In this document: piece by piece, positions 1-12,040 of the stretch
Position numbering within the stretch: the first letter of the stretch is position 1
Layout of the letters: each line of letters begins with the position of its first letter
Program-made: the position numbers and the translations under genes
Notes under the pieces: generated by a model
Databases searched by the model: none
Told to the model about the DNA's origin: nothing
The model's input: only the letters and a program-made list of their open reading frames with translations
NCBI RefSeq assembly: GCF_006345805.1
Contig: NC_043018.1
Coordinates: 3,720,001-3,784,000, forward strand
From: Octopus sinensis
Lineage: Eukaryota
DNA: 64,000 bases
Reading direction: 5' to 3'

Positions 1-44
1 TACACGTCTGTTAGTGTGTTGAAGTGCTGAGTAAAGCACTAGCA

Positions 45-370
45 GTGAAGGCGCGTGGCTTAGTGGTTAGGGCATTCAGTTCACGATCGTGAGGTCGTGA
101 GTTCAATTCCCGGCAACGCGCTGTATCCTTAAGCAAGACACTTTATTTCATGTTGTTCCAGTCCATTCAGCTGGCAAAAATGAGTTGTGCCTGTATTTCA
201 AAGGGCCAGCCATGTCACACTCTGTGTCACATTGAATCTCCCTGAGAACTACGATAAGGGTACACAAATTTATAGAGTGCTCAGCCACTCGCACGTTAAT
301 TTCACGGGCAAGCTGTTCCGTAGATCGTACCAACTGGGACCCTCGTCGTCGTAACCGACGGAGTGCTACT
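45..370 (+). mobile_element. tRNA-derived SINE, head type A with tail X
   Basis: A-box (TGGCTTAGTGG) and B-box (GAGTTCAATTCC) like head, then ...CCTTAAGCAAGACACTTTATTTC... body; tail (GTCACACTCTGTGTCAC...GTCGTAACCGACGGAGTGC) shared with 59700-60079. Confidence 0.85.
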
Positions 371-537
371 TTTTTAAAAGCTCTAGCACAGTTTTGGCTA
401 CCTGGTATCATCCGCAGTCGGGGTATATTTCGTTCGGATCTAATTCAGGAATTCCGCAGTGATGAGATAATAATCGATTAAGTAAACAGAAGTTGGAATT
501 GGTACAACTCTTTATTTTGTGAAGAGTTATACCAGTT

Positions 538-588
538 CCTTCTTCTTCTTCTTCTTCTTCTTCTTCTTCTTCTTCTTCTTCTTCTTCT

Positions 589-686
<98 letters not shown>

Positions 687-690
687 ATAT
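538..690. repeat. Compound microsatellite (CTT)n-(CT)n-(AT)n
   Basis: Directly visible. Confidence 0.95.
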
Positions 691-946
691 ATTAAATAGA
701 GATAAAACCACTATTAGGCAAATCATACAATGAAAAACTTAAGCCAATACATAAGATTATTTAATTTATATTATTTAAATATATAACAAAATTATTTAAA
801 AAATATGTGTTATATTAATTAATTATATTTTTTTAATAATTTTGTTATATATTTAAATAATATAAATTAAATAATCTTATGTATTGGCTTAAGTTTTTCA
901 TTGTATGATTTGCCTAATAGTGGTTTTATCTCTAATTTAATATAAT
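686..946. repeat. Long near-perfect palindrome (foldback element)
   Basis: 698-796 is the exact reverse complement of 835-933 (99 bp); pairing extends inward to 806/825 with one mismatch; a diverged single arm occurs at ~33075-33155. Confidence 0.9.
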
Positions 947-1033
947 ATAATTTTTTACTATAAAATTGGATTCAATCCTAAATCTGATTTTTCCTGTAAG
1001 TTTGGATTTATTCCCTAATATTATTATTTATAT

Positions 1034-1081
<48 letters not shown>

Positions 1082-1430
1082 CACATAAATATATATTAGA
1101 AAAAATTGGAGTCAACATGAAGGAGTACGGTGGGGCATTATTTCCAAACATTACAATTGTTTCTACGCATCGTAGTTCTCCGTGCGTGCAGGTACTTGAT
1201 TATGTAACCGTTTCCCTTCATTATGAGACTTAGTTGTGTTTCCTCGGCCGATATTTAAATATTGTCTCCGTAAGTTCAAATCCTCGGCTTTAAGAGCATC
1301 CTCTGTGTGTGTCGTGTTCTGGAGTTAGCAGTAGCCAATGAGCTTATCAAAATGTGTTGCTGCTGAAGGGCCGTTGGCAAACTGCTTTGAATGTGTAGAT
1401 ATGGCAAGATGGAGATACATAGATATATAA

Positions 1431-1431
<1 letters not shown>

Positions 1432-1465
<34 letters not shown>

Positions 1466-1498
1466 GGCAGACAGACAGACAGACAGACAGACAGATAG

Positions 1499-1559
<61 letters not shown>
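1432..1559. repeat. (GACA)n-(GATA)n tetranucleotide microsatellite at the 3' end of the LINE
   Basis: Directly visible. Confidence 0.95.
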
Positions 1560-1931
1560 TGTTTCTTTATTAGCCACACAGGGCTGCACACAGACAGGAC
1601 AAATTACAAGGTAGAACTTTTCTTTTGGGGGTAAAAAAAAGGCGGTTTGGTTTTCGATCAAAAGGGATCGTAAAAGGAAAGAAAGAGGACAAAATAAAAA
1701 AGGGGGGGTGATAAAATAAAATAAAAAAGGGAAAGGAAAAAAATTGATCAATAGGGATCGTTATCACAGAAATGTCAATATGAAGTGTAAAGGGGAGGAC
1801 AGGTGAGGTTTACCCGTGGAAAGAAAAGCCTACGGAAAAGACCACGGTAACCTCGGTCAATGAAGTCACATGTTATATTTATTTTAATTTTTTTTTGCAA
1901 ATAAGCAGCTCTCTGTATTAATTTTTACGGT

Positions 1932-4900
1932 TCATAGAATCATAGTCAGAGTGGCTTCGTTATTCATACGTGCCATCGTTGCTACATTCACCCATCTTTT
2001 TTTAAAACATTCACTAGACAAAACTTGCCTCTCTACTCTCACTTTCCTCTTCAAGTGATACTTGAAGAAGTTGATGAGAGATTGACCAGAGAGGAAAGTG
2101 TTTGTCTCTAATCCTTTCAGGCGCGTCCACCAGATACATTCTTTCGCCATAGCCACAAGTATGATAAAAATAGCTCTTCCTTCACGTTTGAAGGAAGGGG
2201 GCGTGACGATATTAACGATAGACTCGGCTGATAAACCGACACGTCACACACGTGACAGCAGTCGTTCGACATAAGCCCAAAGGTCGGAGATTGTTGGACA
2301 CTGCACGATTGCGTGCAGAGCGGTTTCGTTGCTCTGCCCGCATCTCGTGCAGGTCGGCCCCGTGTTTCTCTAGCCATGCCTATAGAGCTTATCCCGAACG
2401 GGTAGCGCTTCTCGGTAGCACCGCCAGGCCAGGGATCTCTGGAAGTTGTCCATAGGTCCCGGCCCGAAAGTCGTTTCAAACAAGCGGGTCAGGTATTCCT
2501 CGTCGACGCCCAGGTTTGCCCCAAGATCGTCGTCGTACCTCCCCTCCACTAATCCACTATAGAATGCTTTGATTGTGTTGAAGTCACTCAAGGTCGACCC
2601 GGGACGGCAGAGTTGCTTGAGAGCAACGCGACACTCGCGGTGCCATTCGCCCTTCCTCGGCCTCTTTTTGATCCACGACTGTAGTTCGGTCATGGAGACG
2701 AGTTGCGGGAATACGTGCCTCACAAACGGCGACCACACCTGTTCACCGTCGTCTACATAGAGCCGGAGATGTCGCAGTCTCAGCGCGTGTCTGCGCATCA
2801 TCAACCACGGCATGCCCAGCCCTCCTTTTAACGGGTGTTGACAGCAAATGGATCGCCTGACCATCGGGACGCATCTTTCCACAAGAAGCGAAAGAGGATG
2901 TGTTCTATTTTGGTGATGGTAGGGTCGGGACAAGGTACGACGGTCAGGCGGTAGTAGATGATGGACGCGATGTACGCGTTCACCACCTCCGCCCGACCTT
3001 TTAGGGACAGTTTCCTCTCGGCCCATTGCTGGGCGAGAGTGACCACCCTACTCGTTATCTCGTTCCAGTTCTTCTCCATTTGGAGGTCCGGACCGAACCA
3101 GACCCCGAGCAACTCAACCAGCGTCCCACGACGGAGGTACTGGTGGACGGCATGGGCTTGCTTCTCCAGGTGCCGAGCCGCAAGCCCACTGACTTTTCCC
3201 GGTTGATTTTTGCTCCTGTCACCGCTTCGTAGTCTTTCCGTGTCTCGCCGACCCGCTCGATGTGCTCGTGGCTTGACACTCTGACGGTGACGTCGTCCGC
3301 GTATGCAGACACGCTCGTCCCGCATCCCAATTCTCGCGGGATGCCTCTTAGAGTCGCCAGCTTTCGCAGTAGTGGCTCAAGAGTCAATACGTATAGAAGC
3401 GCCGAGAGGGGGCATCCCTGACGGACCGAACGTGCAATGTCGAAAGGTCTCGATAGATGTCCATTTACGCGAATTACCGAACGGATGCCTCTGTACAAGG
3501 CAGCTATCCAGTCGCGGAAGACGGGACCGAAACCAGCCGCTCTCAGGACCGCCTCCAAGTATCGATGGTCTACCCTATCAAAGGCTTTCGATTGATCCAA
3601 GTTGATCAGGGCCCCACCCATGCCAGGTTCGTTAACTACCCTGTCTATGATGTAGCGCATCAGATGGAGGTTGTCATGGATGCTCCGGCCCGGCACGGCG
3701 CACGTTTGTGCGTTGTCGACCAGTTTCTCGATGACAAGCGCCAACCTCTTGGCTAACACCTTTGTCAAAATTTTTAGGTCTGCATTGAGCAGAGTGATTG
3801 GTCTAAAGTTATCTATAATGTTTCCCTTGTTTGGATCTTTCTTCAGCAGAGTTACAGCTCCTCGACTCACAAAACCGGTATGCTCCGTTTTGCTGCCAGT
3901 TGCAGTATACCGCTGCCAAGACGTCTCCAAACAAGTCTGGCATACAATTGTAAAACTCGTAGGGTAGACCATCCAAACCCGGTGATTTGTCCCTCGAGCA
4001 TTCTGCTATCGCTTCCTGCACTTCCGCCGCCGTGATGGCACCTTCGCAGCACCCTGTCTTTCTTGTCGAGAGTCGTGGCAGGCTATGTAGGTAGGCACTG
4101 AAGTCCACCCTACGTTCTTGCCCTCCACTCGTCCCGAACAGTCGGGCAAAATGCTGCTGAAAGGCCTCACACATTTTACTGGCTCGAGCAATTCGCGCCC
4201 CTGTTCATCTACCAGTGACCGAATGGTGGCTTTGTTGCCCTGTTGCGCCTCTGCCACCCGGGCCTCTCTCGCGGCTCCAACACCTTCGTTCCTTAGAGCA
4301 CGCATCCTAGCTCTGACAGCACATCCTTCGTGTTTGGCGTTGAAGTGTTGGTCGAGGGCCAACCTCGCCGCCAAAACGTCGGATGCGATGCCGCTTCTAA
4401 TGCCTCTTCTAGCTTCTTAACTAGCTCACCCTCTACTCTATTTCTATCTATGGCTAGTGCTTTGCTGTACCTAATCGCTTCTACTTTTACTGCTCTCTTG
4501 AGGGCAAACCACCATTTGTTGTTGATGATGGCTCCCGTCAAAGCCCTCTTTACTAGTGTGCTAATCCGGTCTCTGAAAACTTGTCTGGACGGGAATGATG
4601 CGTTCAGTTTCCAGTACCCAGGACCCTGTCTATGTGCCTTATCTAAGTCTAGCGTACACGTCACCAATTTGTGATCCGTGTAGCTGACTGTGTGGAATTG
4701 TGGACATCCTAAGTTATCCTTGTCTACTGTCCTACACAGTATCCTATCTAGATACGATCTCGACGACCCACTGCGGTTGCTCCATGTCCACGTTGGTGCA
4801 TTTGGGTGGTCGAGTCGGTACCTGTCAGACAGTTGGAATCGTCTGAGCAGGTCTCTGAGGCATTTGCATCCCCTTCTGTTTCTGTCTCTACCCACGTAGT

Positions 4901-5348
4901 CTACATGCGTGTCCAGGTAGCATTCCAATCCCCCACTAAGAGTAAAGGACGAGACGTTCCCAAGAATACTTCTAGACGTCGAAAGAAATCCGCCGACCTG
5001 TTAAGGGCGGTGCGTAGACTGATACGAGTCGAAAAGCGCACCCATCACTGCCGTCAACATCCAGAACGATCAGTCTACCCTCCGGGTCTACGAATATCGT
5101 CTTGACTTCGAGATCCAGGCTCTTGTGAAAAAGTACCGCGGTGCCACTACCGCCCATCCTCGGCAGACAGGGAGCGAAATAAATGTTAAACTGTCCGCCA
5201 AACATGGACTTTAGGCCCGTGGCTCGTGGAGTCTGGTCTCACTTATGGCTATGATTCCCAAATCATGTGACTTGATGTCATTTAGGAGGTATCCTTGTTT
5301 CCAAGGAGACCCCAAGCCACGCGCATTCACACAACCAATCTTGACCAT
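1932..5348 (-). pseudogene. LINE ORF2 (APE endonuclease + reverse transcriptase + CCHC), multiple frameshifts and stops
   Basis: Start MVKIGCVNARGL...ISETRL (ATG at 5348); YLDRI and TDHK endonuclease motifs; PGLDGLPYEFY, NFRPITLLNADLKIL, SKAFDRVDH, VRQGCPLSALLY, YADD RT motifs; CTRCGQSNETALHAIVQC just after an in-frame stop at 2370; split over at least 8 ORF pieces. Confidence 0.92.
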
Positions 5349-5496
5349 GATTTTATTGGGGTGTGTGCTTTAAAACACAAAAATGAAAGTACAGAGAGTT
5401 ACTTACTTGTGTCGAAAGTTTTGGCTTCCTCGTTCTTTGATGTGTCTTCGAGGAGGTTTTTATACAGTTTTTGGGACAGATATTTCTGGAAACCCC

Positions 5497-6269
5497 CTAC
5501 AGCATTTGGGAAGAGGGCTTTGAGTTTGTGGTGTTGTGTTTGTGTGATGTGTAGTATTTTGATGTGTTGGGTGGTGTAGTGCGTGGATGATTGCTATTTT
5601 TAAAGTCATCTTCACAAATGTTTGTGTATCCTGTGATGTACTCCATTAGTTTGGAGTCTTTGGTGTCTATCGCTGATAGCATTGTTTTTGTGGTGGTGGT
5701 GCTTGTTTTGTTGTGTATGGAGTTTTCAGGGTTCAGGTATCTCCCTGCTTTGGTTGCGATTTCTTGTTTGGTTTTTCTTGATCTTTTTCTTTTACCCCCT
5801 GTGGCTATTTGCCATTCTGTCGAACTTTCATCGTTAGATGAAAAGTCTGACGAATCAGCAGGGGGCAAGGGTAAAGCGTCTGGGTGTGTTTGTGCGGTTG
5901 TAGATATTGTTGTGGTGCGCGGGGAGGGTGTTGCTGGGGGGTTTGTTGTGGTTATTGTCTCTCCTACATCCTTGGTGCTTGTCTTCTTCGTTGTTATTCT
6001 TGGTGTTGGAATTGGTTTATTTTTGTTGGTGGTGATGATTCTGTTCTTGGCGCTGGTGTTGGTGTGTTTGGTTGGGTTGGCTTGTTCTTTGTTGTTTTTC
6101 CTGCATTTCCGCATACAGCTTCTTGACTAGTTGTCCATATTGTGGTGTGGGCAATAATGCTGGCTTTTGTGATTTTTCCTGTGGCTGTTGTTGTTGTAAT
6201 TTTGCGGCAGATTTGCACTCCTTTTTGAGGTGTGCCTCACTGCCACATGTATAGCATCGTGGCCTTCTG

Positions 6270-6270
<1 letters not shown>
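5497..6270 (-). pseudogene. LINE ORF1 (gag-like) C-terminal remnant with zinc knuckle
   Basis: RPRCYTCGSEAHLKKEC = CX2CX4HX4C immediately at the truncation point, followed by a Q/T/P/K-rich low-complexity region. Confidence 0.8.

Positions 6271-6342
<72 letters not shown>
6270..6342. repeat. (TAGA)n microsatellite at the 5' junction of the LINE
   Basis: About 18 perfect units. Confidence 0.95.
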
Positions 6343-6832
6343 GCACTGAAACAATTGCCTCATAAAATGCACTGAAAGTGTAGAAGAAGATTTATTTATA
6401 TTATAATACACTTAACCTGTTTCATGTTTGTATGATTTTCATAAGCGTAGGAATTGGGGGGGGGGGTGCTTGTATTTGCGTGGCTATCTGTATGGATTTT
6501 TTTCTTCGTGAAAAGTATTTATTTTATGGAGAGAATGTGTTTCTGATCATTATTAGTTAACGTACAGGTTGATTAGCTGAAGTTAGCCACGTTCTCAGGT
6601 AACGGAATTTTGCGGGCTGGTTCTCTGATATGTCCGTGAATTTAGGTCATGTGACAGCTGCGCGTGAAGGTCACGTCAAAGTTTTTGTCCAGGAAATATA
6701 TCACCTGATCCTTTATGTACCTGTCTTCTATTTTCTACAAATATCATCCAACTATTTTACACTTGGTTGCTCGTTGTCCTGACATACCAATGATGTTGAG
6801 CGATATTTGTATACGTATTATGTATATATATA

Positions 6833-6872
<40 letters not shown>

Positions 6873-6885
6873 ATATATATATATG

Positions 6886-6920
<35 letters not shown>

Positions 6921-6928
6921 TATGTATG

Positions 6929-6960
<32 letters not shown>

Positions 6961-7588
6961 AATATCGTTTTCCTTCGAAAAAGTGTTTTTTTACATAATT
7001 GCCGGAAGTGCTCAGCTCGAACCCGAGATGCCAGGCATTATATAACTTGGTTTAAGAAGCGACAAAAATTTAGATAATCATTCTATAGGATTTACACCAA
7101 CATAATAAATACATATAACACAAAATTACAGCAAGACAAGGAACGCATCTATATTATTTAGAATAGAAATAAAAATTACATGAGGTAAAAATTTATGTGA
7201 AAATGATAAATAAAGGGTGATACAGCGATTAAAAATCATTTTAAATTTAAGATTAAAAAACGTTGATTAAAAGTTGTAAGATACATCACCAGCAGTGAGA
7301 AATCCTTATGATAGATTTAAATGTTTAGTGGAGTTCCGAAGAAATGTTTATAGAGGGTTATAACGTCATAGATGAAGCAATTCGACGGCCGTTTCTGGAG
7401 TTCATTAATCAATTCATTAGTATGAATTCTTTAGTTTCACACTGACAATGTCCCCTTCATCAGGAATAGGTAAATAGATAATAAATTTAATTTGAAGACA
7501 TGTAAGAGAAGAGAAAATTTTAGGTTACATTACGTTAGTCGTCGGCTACTTTATCAGATACTGACCAAATCGTCGGTAGCCTTGAATA

Positions 7589-8290
7589 ATGGAAATCTAT
7601 CCCCCACAAAATATTGATAATAGCAACAATAAATTGGGAAAAACATGTAGCTGTAAAAAAATAGATTTATGCCCACTTGAAGGATTCTGCCTCCGTAAAA
7701 ATGTAGTATATAAATGTACAGTAGCATCAGATAAGTATCAGGCTAGAACGTATATAGGTTCCTTCTCGAGCCATGCCAGGCTCATAAGGGCCGGTTTCCC
7801 GGTTTGAGTGGCGTAGAAATTCCCCACCTGGATGGGACGCCGGTCCGTCGCAGGATTACTCATTTTTGCCGGATGAGTGGACTGGAGCTACGTGAAAATG
7901 AAGTGTCTTGCTCAAGAACACAACGCATCGCCCGATCCAGGAATCGAAACCACAAACTTACGATCATGAGTTCAACACCCTAACCACTAAGCCACGCGCC
8001 TCCACTTCAAAACGTATATAGTAGGTAGTACTGTTGAATTCAAAAAGATATATAGAACGCATTTAAATTCATTTACTAGCATTAAATATAAAAATTCTAC
8101 TACTCTAGCCTCATATATACATAATTGAAGGAATAACAACATTAATTATAAAATTTCTTGGTCTATACTAGCAAACGCCCTCTCCTATAAGTAACAAATG
8201 CATTAGAAAAACATACATTATTCATAAATCATACAATTCAGGCATATTAAATAAATTCTCGGATACCATTCATTCATGTCCTCATAAATT
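7589..8290 (+). mobile_element. Penelope-like element fragment, GIY-YIG endonuclease region, interrupted by a SINE
   Basis: CSCKKIDLCPLEGFCLRKNVVYKCTV...RTYIG before the SINE; GSTVEFKKIYRTHLNSF...YKNSTTLASYIH...ISWSIL...LNKFSDTIHSCPHK after it. Confidence 0.8.
7758..8010 (-). mobile_element. tRNA-derived SINE, head type A with a different tail Z (V-domain-like)
   Basis: Minus-strand head GGAGGCGCGTGGCTTAGTGGTTAGGG; tail CTGCGACGGACCGGCGTCCCATCCAGG; flanked by direct repeat AACGTATATAG (7747-7757 and 8011-8021). Confidence 0.85.
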
Positions 8291-8309
8291 TCATCTGTAT
8301 TCTCCTCTC

Positions 8310-8490
8310 ATCACCGCTTGACAATCGGTGTTGGTGTGTTTATATCTCCAGCGGTTCGGCAAATGAGACCAATAGAATAAGTACTAGGACTTAAAAAAAC
8401 TAAGTCCTAGGGATTTCACTTGTTCGACTAAAACCTTTCAATGTGTTACTCCAGCATGGCCGCAGTTAAAAGACTGAAACAAATAAAAGG
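8310..8490 (+). mobile_element. 3' half of CORE-type SINE (family C)
   Basis: GCTTGACAATCGGTGTTGGTGTGTTTA...CTCCAGCATGGCCGCAG...GACTGAAACAAATAAAAG matches the tail of 54568-54966. Confidence 0.8.
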
Positions 8491-8772
8491 ACACACACAC
8501 ACGCACACGCGCGCGCATGCACACACACACACAGACACACACACTTCTTTTATATCCAAACGAAACAGTAAGGAGGACTCGTATTCTAGTCTGAGTTTCA
8601 ATTAACTTGTACATCTAGAAAGGTTATAAAGTACAGTTTGAAAGGAAGACAAAACAACTTCCTCATAAGATATTTTATTGCATTATCTCTAGACATTATG
8701 GAACAAACGCTCTCCCTCGTATATATATATATATATATATATAGATATATATATATATGCTATACTATATAT

Positions 8773-8805
<33 letters not shown>

Positions 8806-8895
8806 GCTATATATATGCTTATATATAAATTATATATATATATATATAATATAAAATATATATATATATATATGCTATATATATGCTTATATAAA

Positions 8896-8941
<46 letters not shown>

Positions 8942-9012
8942 ATATATATATATATATATATAATATATATGCTTATATATGCTATATATAAATAAATATA
9001 TATATATATATA

Positions 9013-9164
9013 CTTTATTTAAAGCAGCAGAAAATTCAAAAATCTGTTACTCAGAGTAACAGATTTTGTTGAATTTTCTGCTGCTTTAAATAAAGCATAT
9101 TACTCTACCACTGGTATTTGAGTACCCTTTTTTCCACCTTGTTTCACATTTATGTGTTTACTCC

Positions 9165-9170
<6 letters not shown>
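9013..9170 (+). mobile_element. Short foldback element (Penelope-type family) with shared 3' tail
   Basis: 9013-9052 pairs with 9054-9095 (2-nt bulge); tail GCATATTACTCTACCACTGG...TTTACTCCGG also at 44883-44966; arm shared with 59047-59115. Confidence 0.75.
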
Positions 9171-9209
<39 letters not shown>

Positions 9210-9636
9210 TTTTTTTTATTAAAATGAATAAATGAAAGACTCCATTCTTTCATTTATTCATTTTAAAAAATACACAAATTAACACACAAGAAGACGGGGT
9301 TTCTACCCTTGGCATGTAGCTACAACCGTGTTTTCTGACGTGAATTTGCTACCCAGGTATCGATTAACCGAATTATCAATAATAGGATAATTCATTCACC
9401 TACTTAAATATATATATATATGGTATATATGTGAGGCTTAGCCGTGTGGTTACTTCGTTAAACTGAACTCTCGTTGAATTCTTCCTACTCTGAAACCACT
9501 GGCGCTGTCTCACACATTCTTTTTTAACGGCGGTGCATCAGCATGGCCGCAGCTCTGAGCTGAAACTAGAGAGAATATATATACATACATACATATATAT
9601 ACATAAATACATATATATATACATACATATATATAC

Positions 9637-9668
<32 letters not shown>

Positions 9669-9687
9669 TTTTTTTTCTCTCTGTGTA

Positions 9688-9724
9688 TCTTCTGTTGAAG
9701 AGCGTAGGCTCGAAACGTTAAAGA
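9688..9724 (+). ncRNA. Degenerate minimal type I hammerhead motif (CUGUUGA core variant) in a Penelope-type repeat
   Basis: TCTT-CTGTTGA-A-GAGC GTAG GCTC-GAAAC-GTT-AAAGA; homolog at 62432-62467 on minus strand. Confidence 0.5.
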
Positions 9725-9818
9725 CTTGTTTTATTTATATTTCCTGAGCGCCATACTAATACAATTGTTCGTTTGTTTCCACCTGCCTTCGTTTTTGTCT
9801 ATTTTCATAAAGCTTCCC

Positions 9819-9861
<43 letters not shown>

Positions 9862-9973
9862 TATATATACAGTAATCCCTCGACTATCGCGGGTGTTACG
9901 TTCCAAAACCTCCCTCAGAATGATTAAAATCTAAAATATATACATATATACACACACATATATATGTGCGTGC

Positions 9974-10027
<54 letters not shown>

Positions 10028-11175
10028 GTTTGTGTGTGTGAGTTTGTGAAGAACTTTAGCTCTTTCGTTTCAGCTAAATTCTGTACTTTAATCGGACAAG
10101 TCTTCTAAACCCAAGGAGTGGCTGTTAATTAGTCATAATTTCACGTTCTGTCACCAATCATCCATGTGAATTCAAGATTTCTTAAATATTTACTGCTCTG
10201 TTCCGTCTTATTCAAGCATTTTCTCCTCACAAAATCACACATTCTTTAAAAAATAATTGACTATATGTACCTTAGAACGTGATAATCTACATGAAAATTA
10301 CATGTACTAATTATGAGCACGCCGGACGAAATGCTACTTGACACTTGCTCCGTCTTTACGTTCGACTTTGCCGAGTTCAACTTTACCTTTCATCCTTTCG
10401 AGGTTAATAAAATAAAGCACCGGGAGTGGAAGGTATCGACTAACCTATTTCCTTAAGGTACGCTGAGCTAGTACAAACATTAGCGTCTTGAAACAATGGT
10501 TTAAGTATGTGTTTCGACTCACTACGTTCTGAGTTCAAATTCCACCGATATCAAATATGATTCTCATCCTTCAGGGTCAGTAAAATGAAATGGTATTTGA
10601 GTACTGGGGTCGATGTAATCGATTTAACCCTGGTCTCAATGTTGCTGGCCTTGTTCTAAAATTTGAAAACATTACAGAGCGGCGAGGTGGTTGAGCCACT
10701 GGTGTGTCGTACAAAAGGTTTAACTACATTTCTTCCGGCTCTTTACGCTCTGTGATCAGATGCCACCGATTTCATCGTAGCCTTTCACTATTAGGGGTCG
10801 ATAAAATAAAGTATCAGGCCAGTACAATGGTGAACGATATCGACTAACCCAATGCCCTAAAAGTTTAGCGAGCAGGTCAAAATTGTAGGTGCGTTGGACA
10901 AAATAGGGGTCTTGTGTCAAAATTTGAAGCAATTTGTGAAAAGAATGGTGACAATAAATGATCTTACTCTTAACATGTTCCTTGAGAACAAATGGGAGAC
11001 GGCTTCTGCCTATAGTAGTAGTTGGGGTAATCCTGGATCTTCAGGGTTCCTTGATGGGCGCCCTAGTTTTGAGATTCAGGTACATTTTCAAACCTCAAAA
11101 CAAATTCTATATTTTTTTCTGCACAGGAATACACTTCTTTCCATATATAATATATATATATATATATATAATATA

Positions 11176-11260
<85 letters not shown>

Positions 11261-11427
11261 TGTATGTATGTATGTATGTATATGTATATGTATGCTAATA
11301 CACAACCTACACTGGACTCCTTATTCGTATAATCATGGAACTGGAACTTAACTATAGTCTGTCCATAGCACTTACTCATCATTACCTGACCCTTTGGGTC
11401 TTCTTGACACCAATACTTCTCAAACCT

Positions 11428-11479
<52 letters not shown>

Positions 11480-11495
11480 TATATATATTATATAT

Positions 11496-11526
<31 letters not shown>

Positions 11527-11541
11527 ATATATATTATATAT

Positions 11542-11597
<56 letters not shown>

Positions 11598-11646
11598 ATA
11601 TATATTATATTATATATATACAATAGACAATTTAAAATAATGATCA

Positions 11647-12040
11647 TCTTTATATATAAAAGAGAGGTTGTGTGCTGTCTGTCTCCTACGATTTAGATTC
11701 CTAACTACTCCCACATTTTGCGGTGCAGTTTAACCAAAACTGGGTATCTTATAGTCGTGATTCATATCGAGCCCTTCAGGGTATTAGCGCGCGTCAACGA
11801 TGAATCTACGATTTAAAAAAAAATTACCATCAATTTTTCCCATTTTTAATGCATTTTTGGCATATATAAGGGAAGTAACTCTCTAAAAATTTATTATTAA
11901 ATCTCAGGACGTAAAAAGCTGCAGTAACACCCCCCCTTGTGGTTAGCCATATTGAGATGGCTATTATACTTTACATCTCTAAAAATGCTTATATAGTTAT
12001 TTCCCTTACAAACCCGAGCAACGCCGGGCGATACTGCTAG
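11647..12040 (+). mobile_element. Non-autonomous Helitron (394 bp)
   Basis: Inserted between A and T; 5' TCTTTATATATAAAA; 3' hairpin CCCGAGCAACGCCGGG then CTAG; second copy at 37228-37623. Confidence 0.88.

Larger units (their letters stand above)
1560..6270 (-). mobile_element. L1-clade (Tx1-like) non-LTR retrotransposon, 5'-truncated, decayed
   Basis: Minus strand: gag CCHC knuckle, APE endonuclease, RT and C-terminal zinc finger in order; ~370-bp 3' UTR ending in AATAAA (1566-1571) GAAACAT followed by (ATCT)n; 5' end abuts (TATC)n. Confidence 0.92.

Noticed and set aside
45-115. tRNA genes at SINE heads (also 20640, 59700)
   Set aside because: Only A/B-box and partial cloverleaf similarity, continuing into SINE bodies; no complete acceptor stem
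7420-7470. Minus-strand CTGATGA...GAAAC hammerhead-like motif upstream of the Penelope fragment
   Set aside because: Stem II does not pair and there is no UH cleavage triplet; at most a decayed remnant
10894-11110. Plus-strand ORF with a CAG/GTAC donor at ~11088
   Set aside because: No convincing acceptor or recognisable peptide; conflicts with an equally weak minus-strand model
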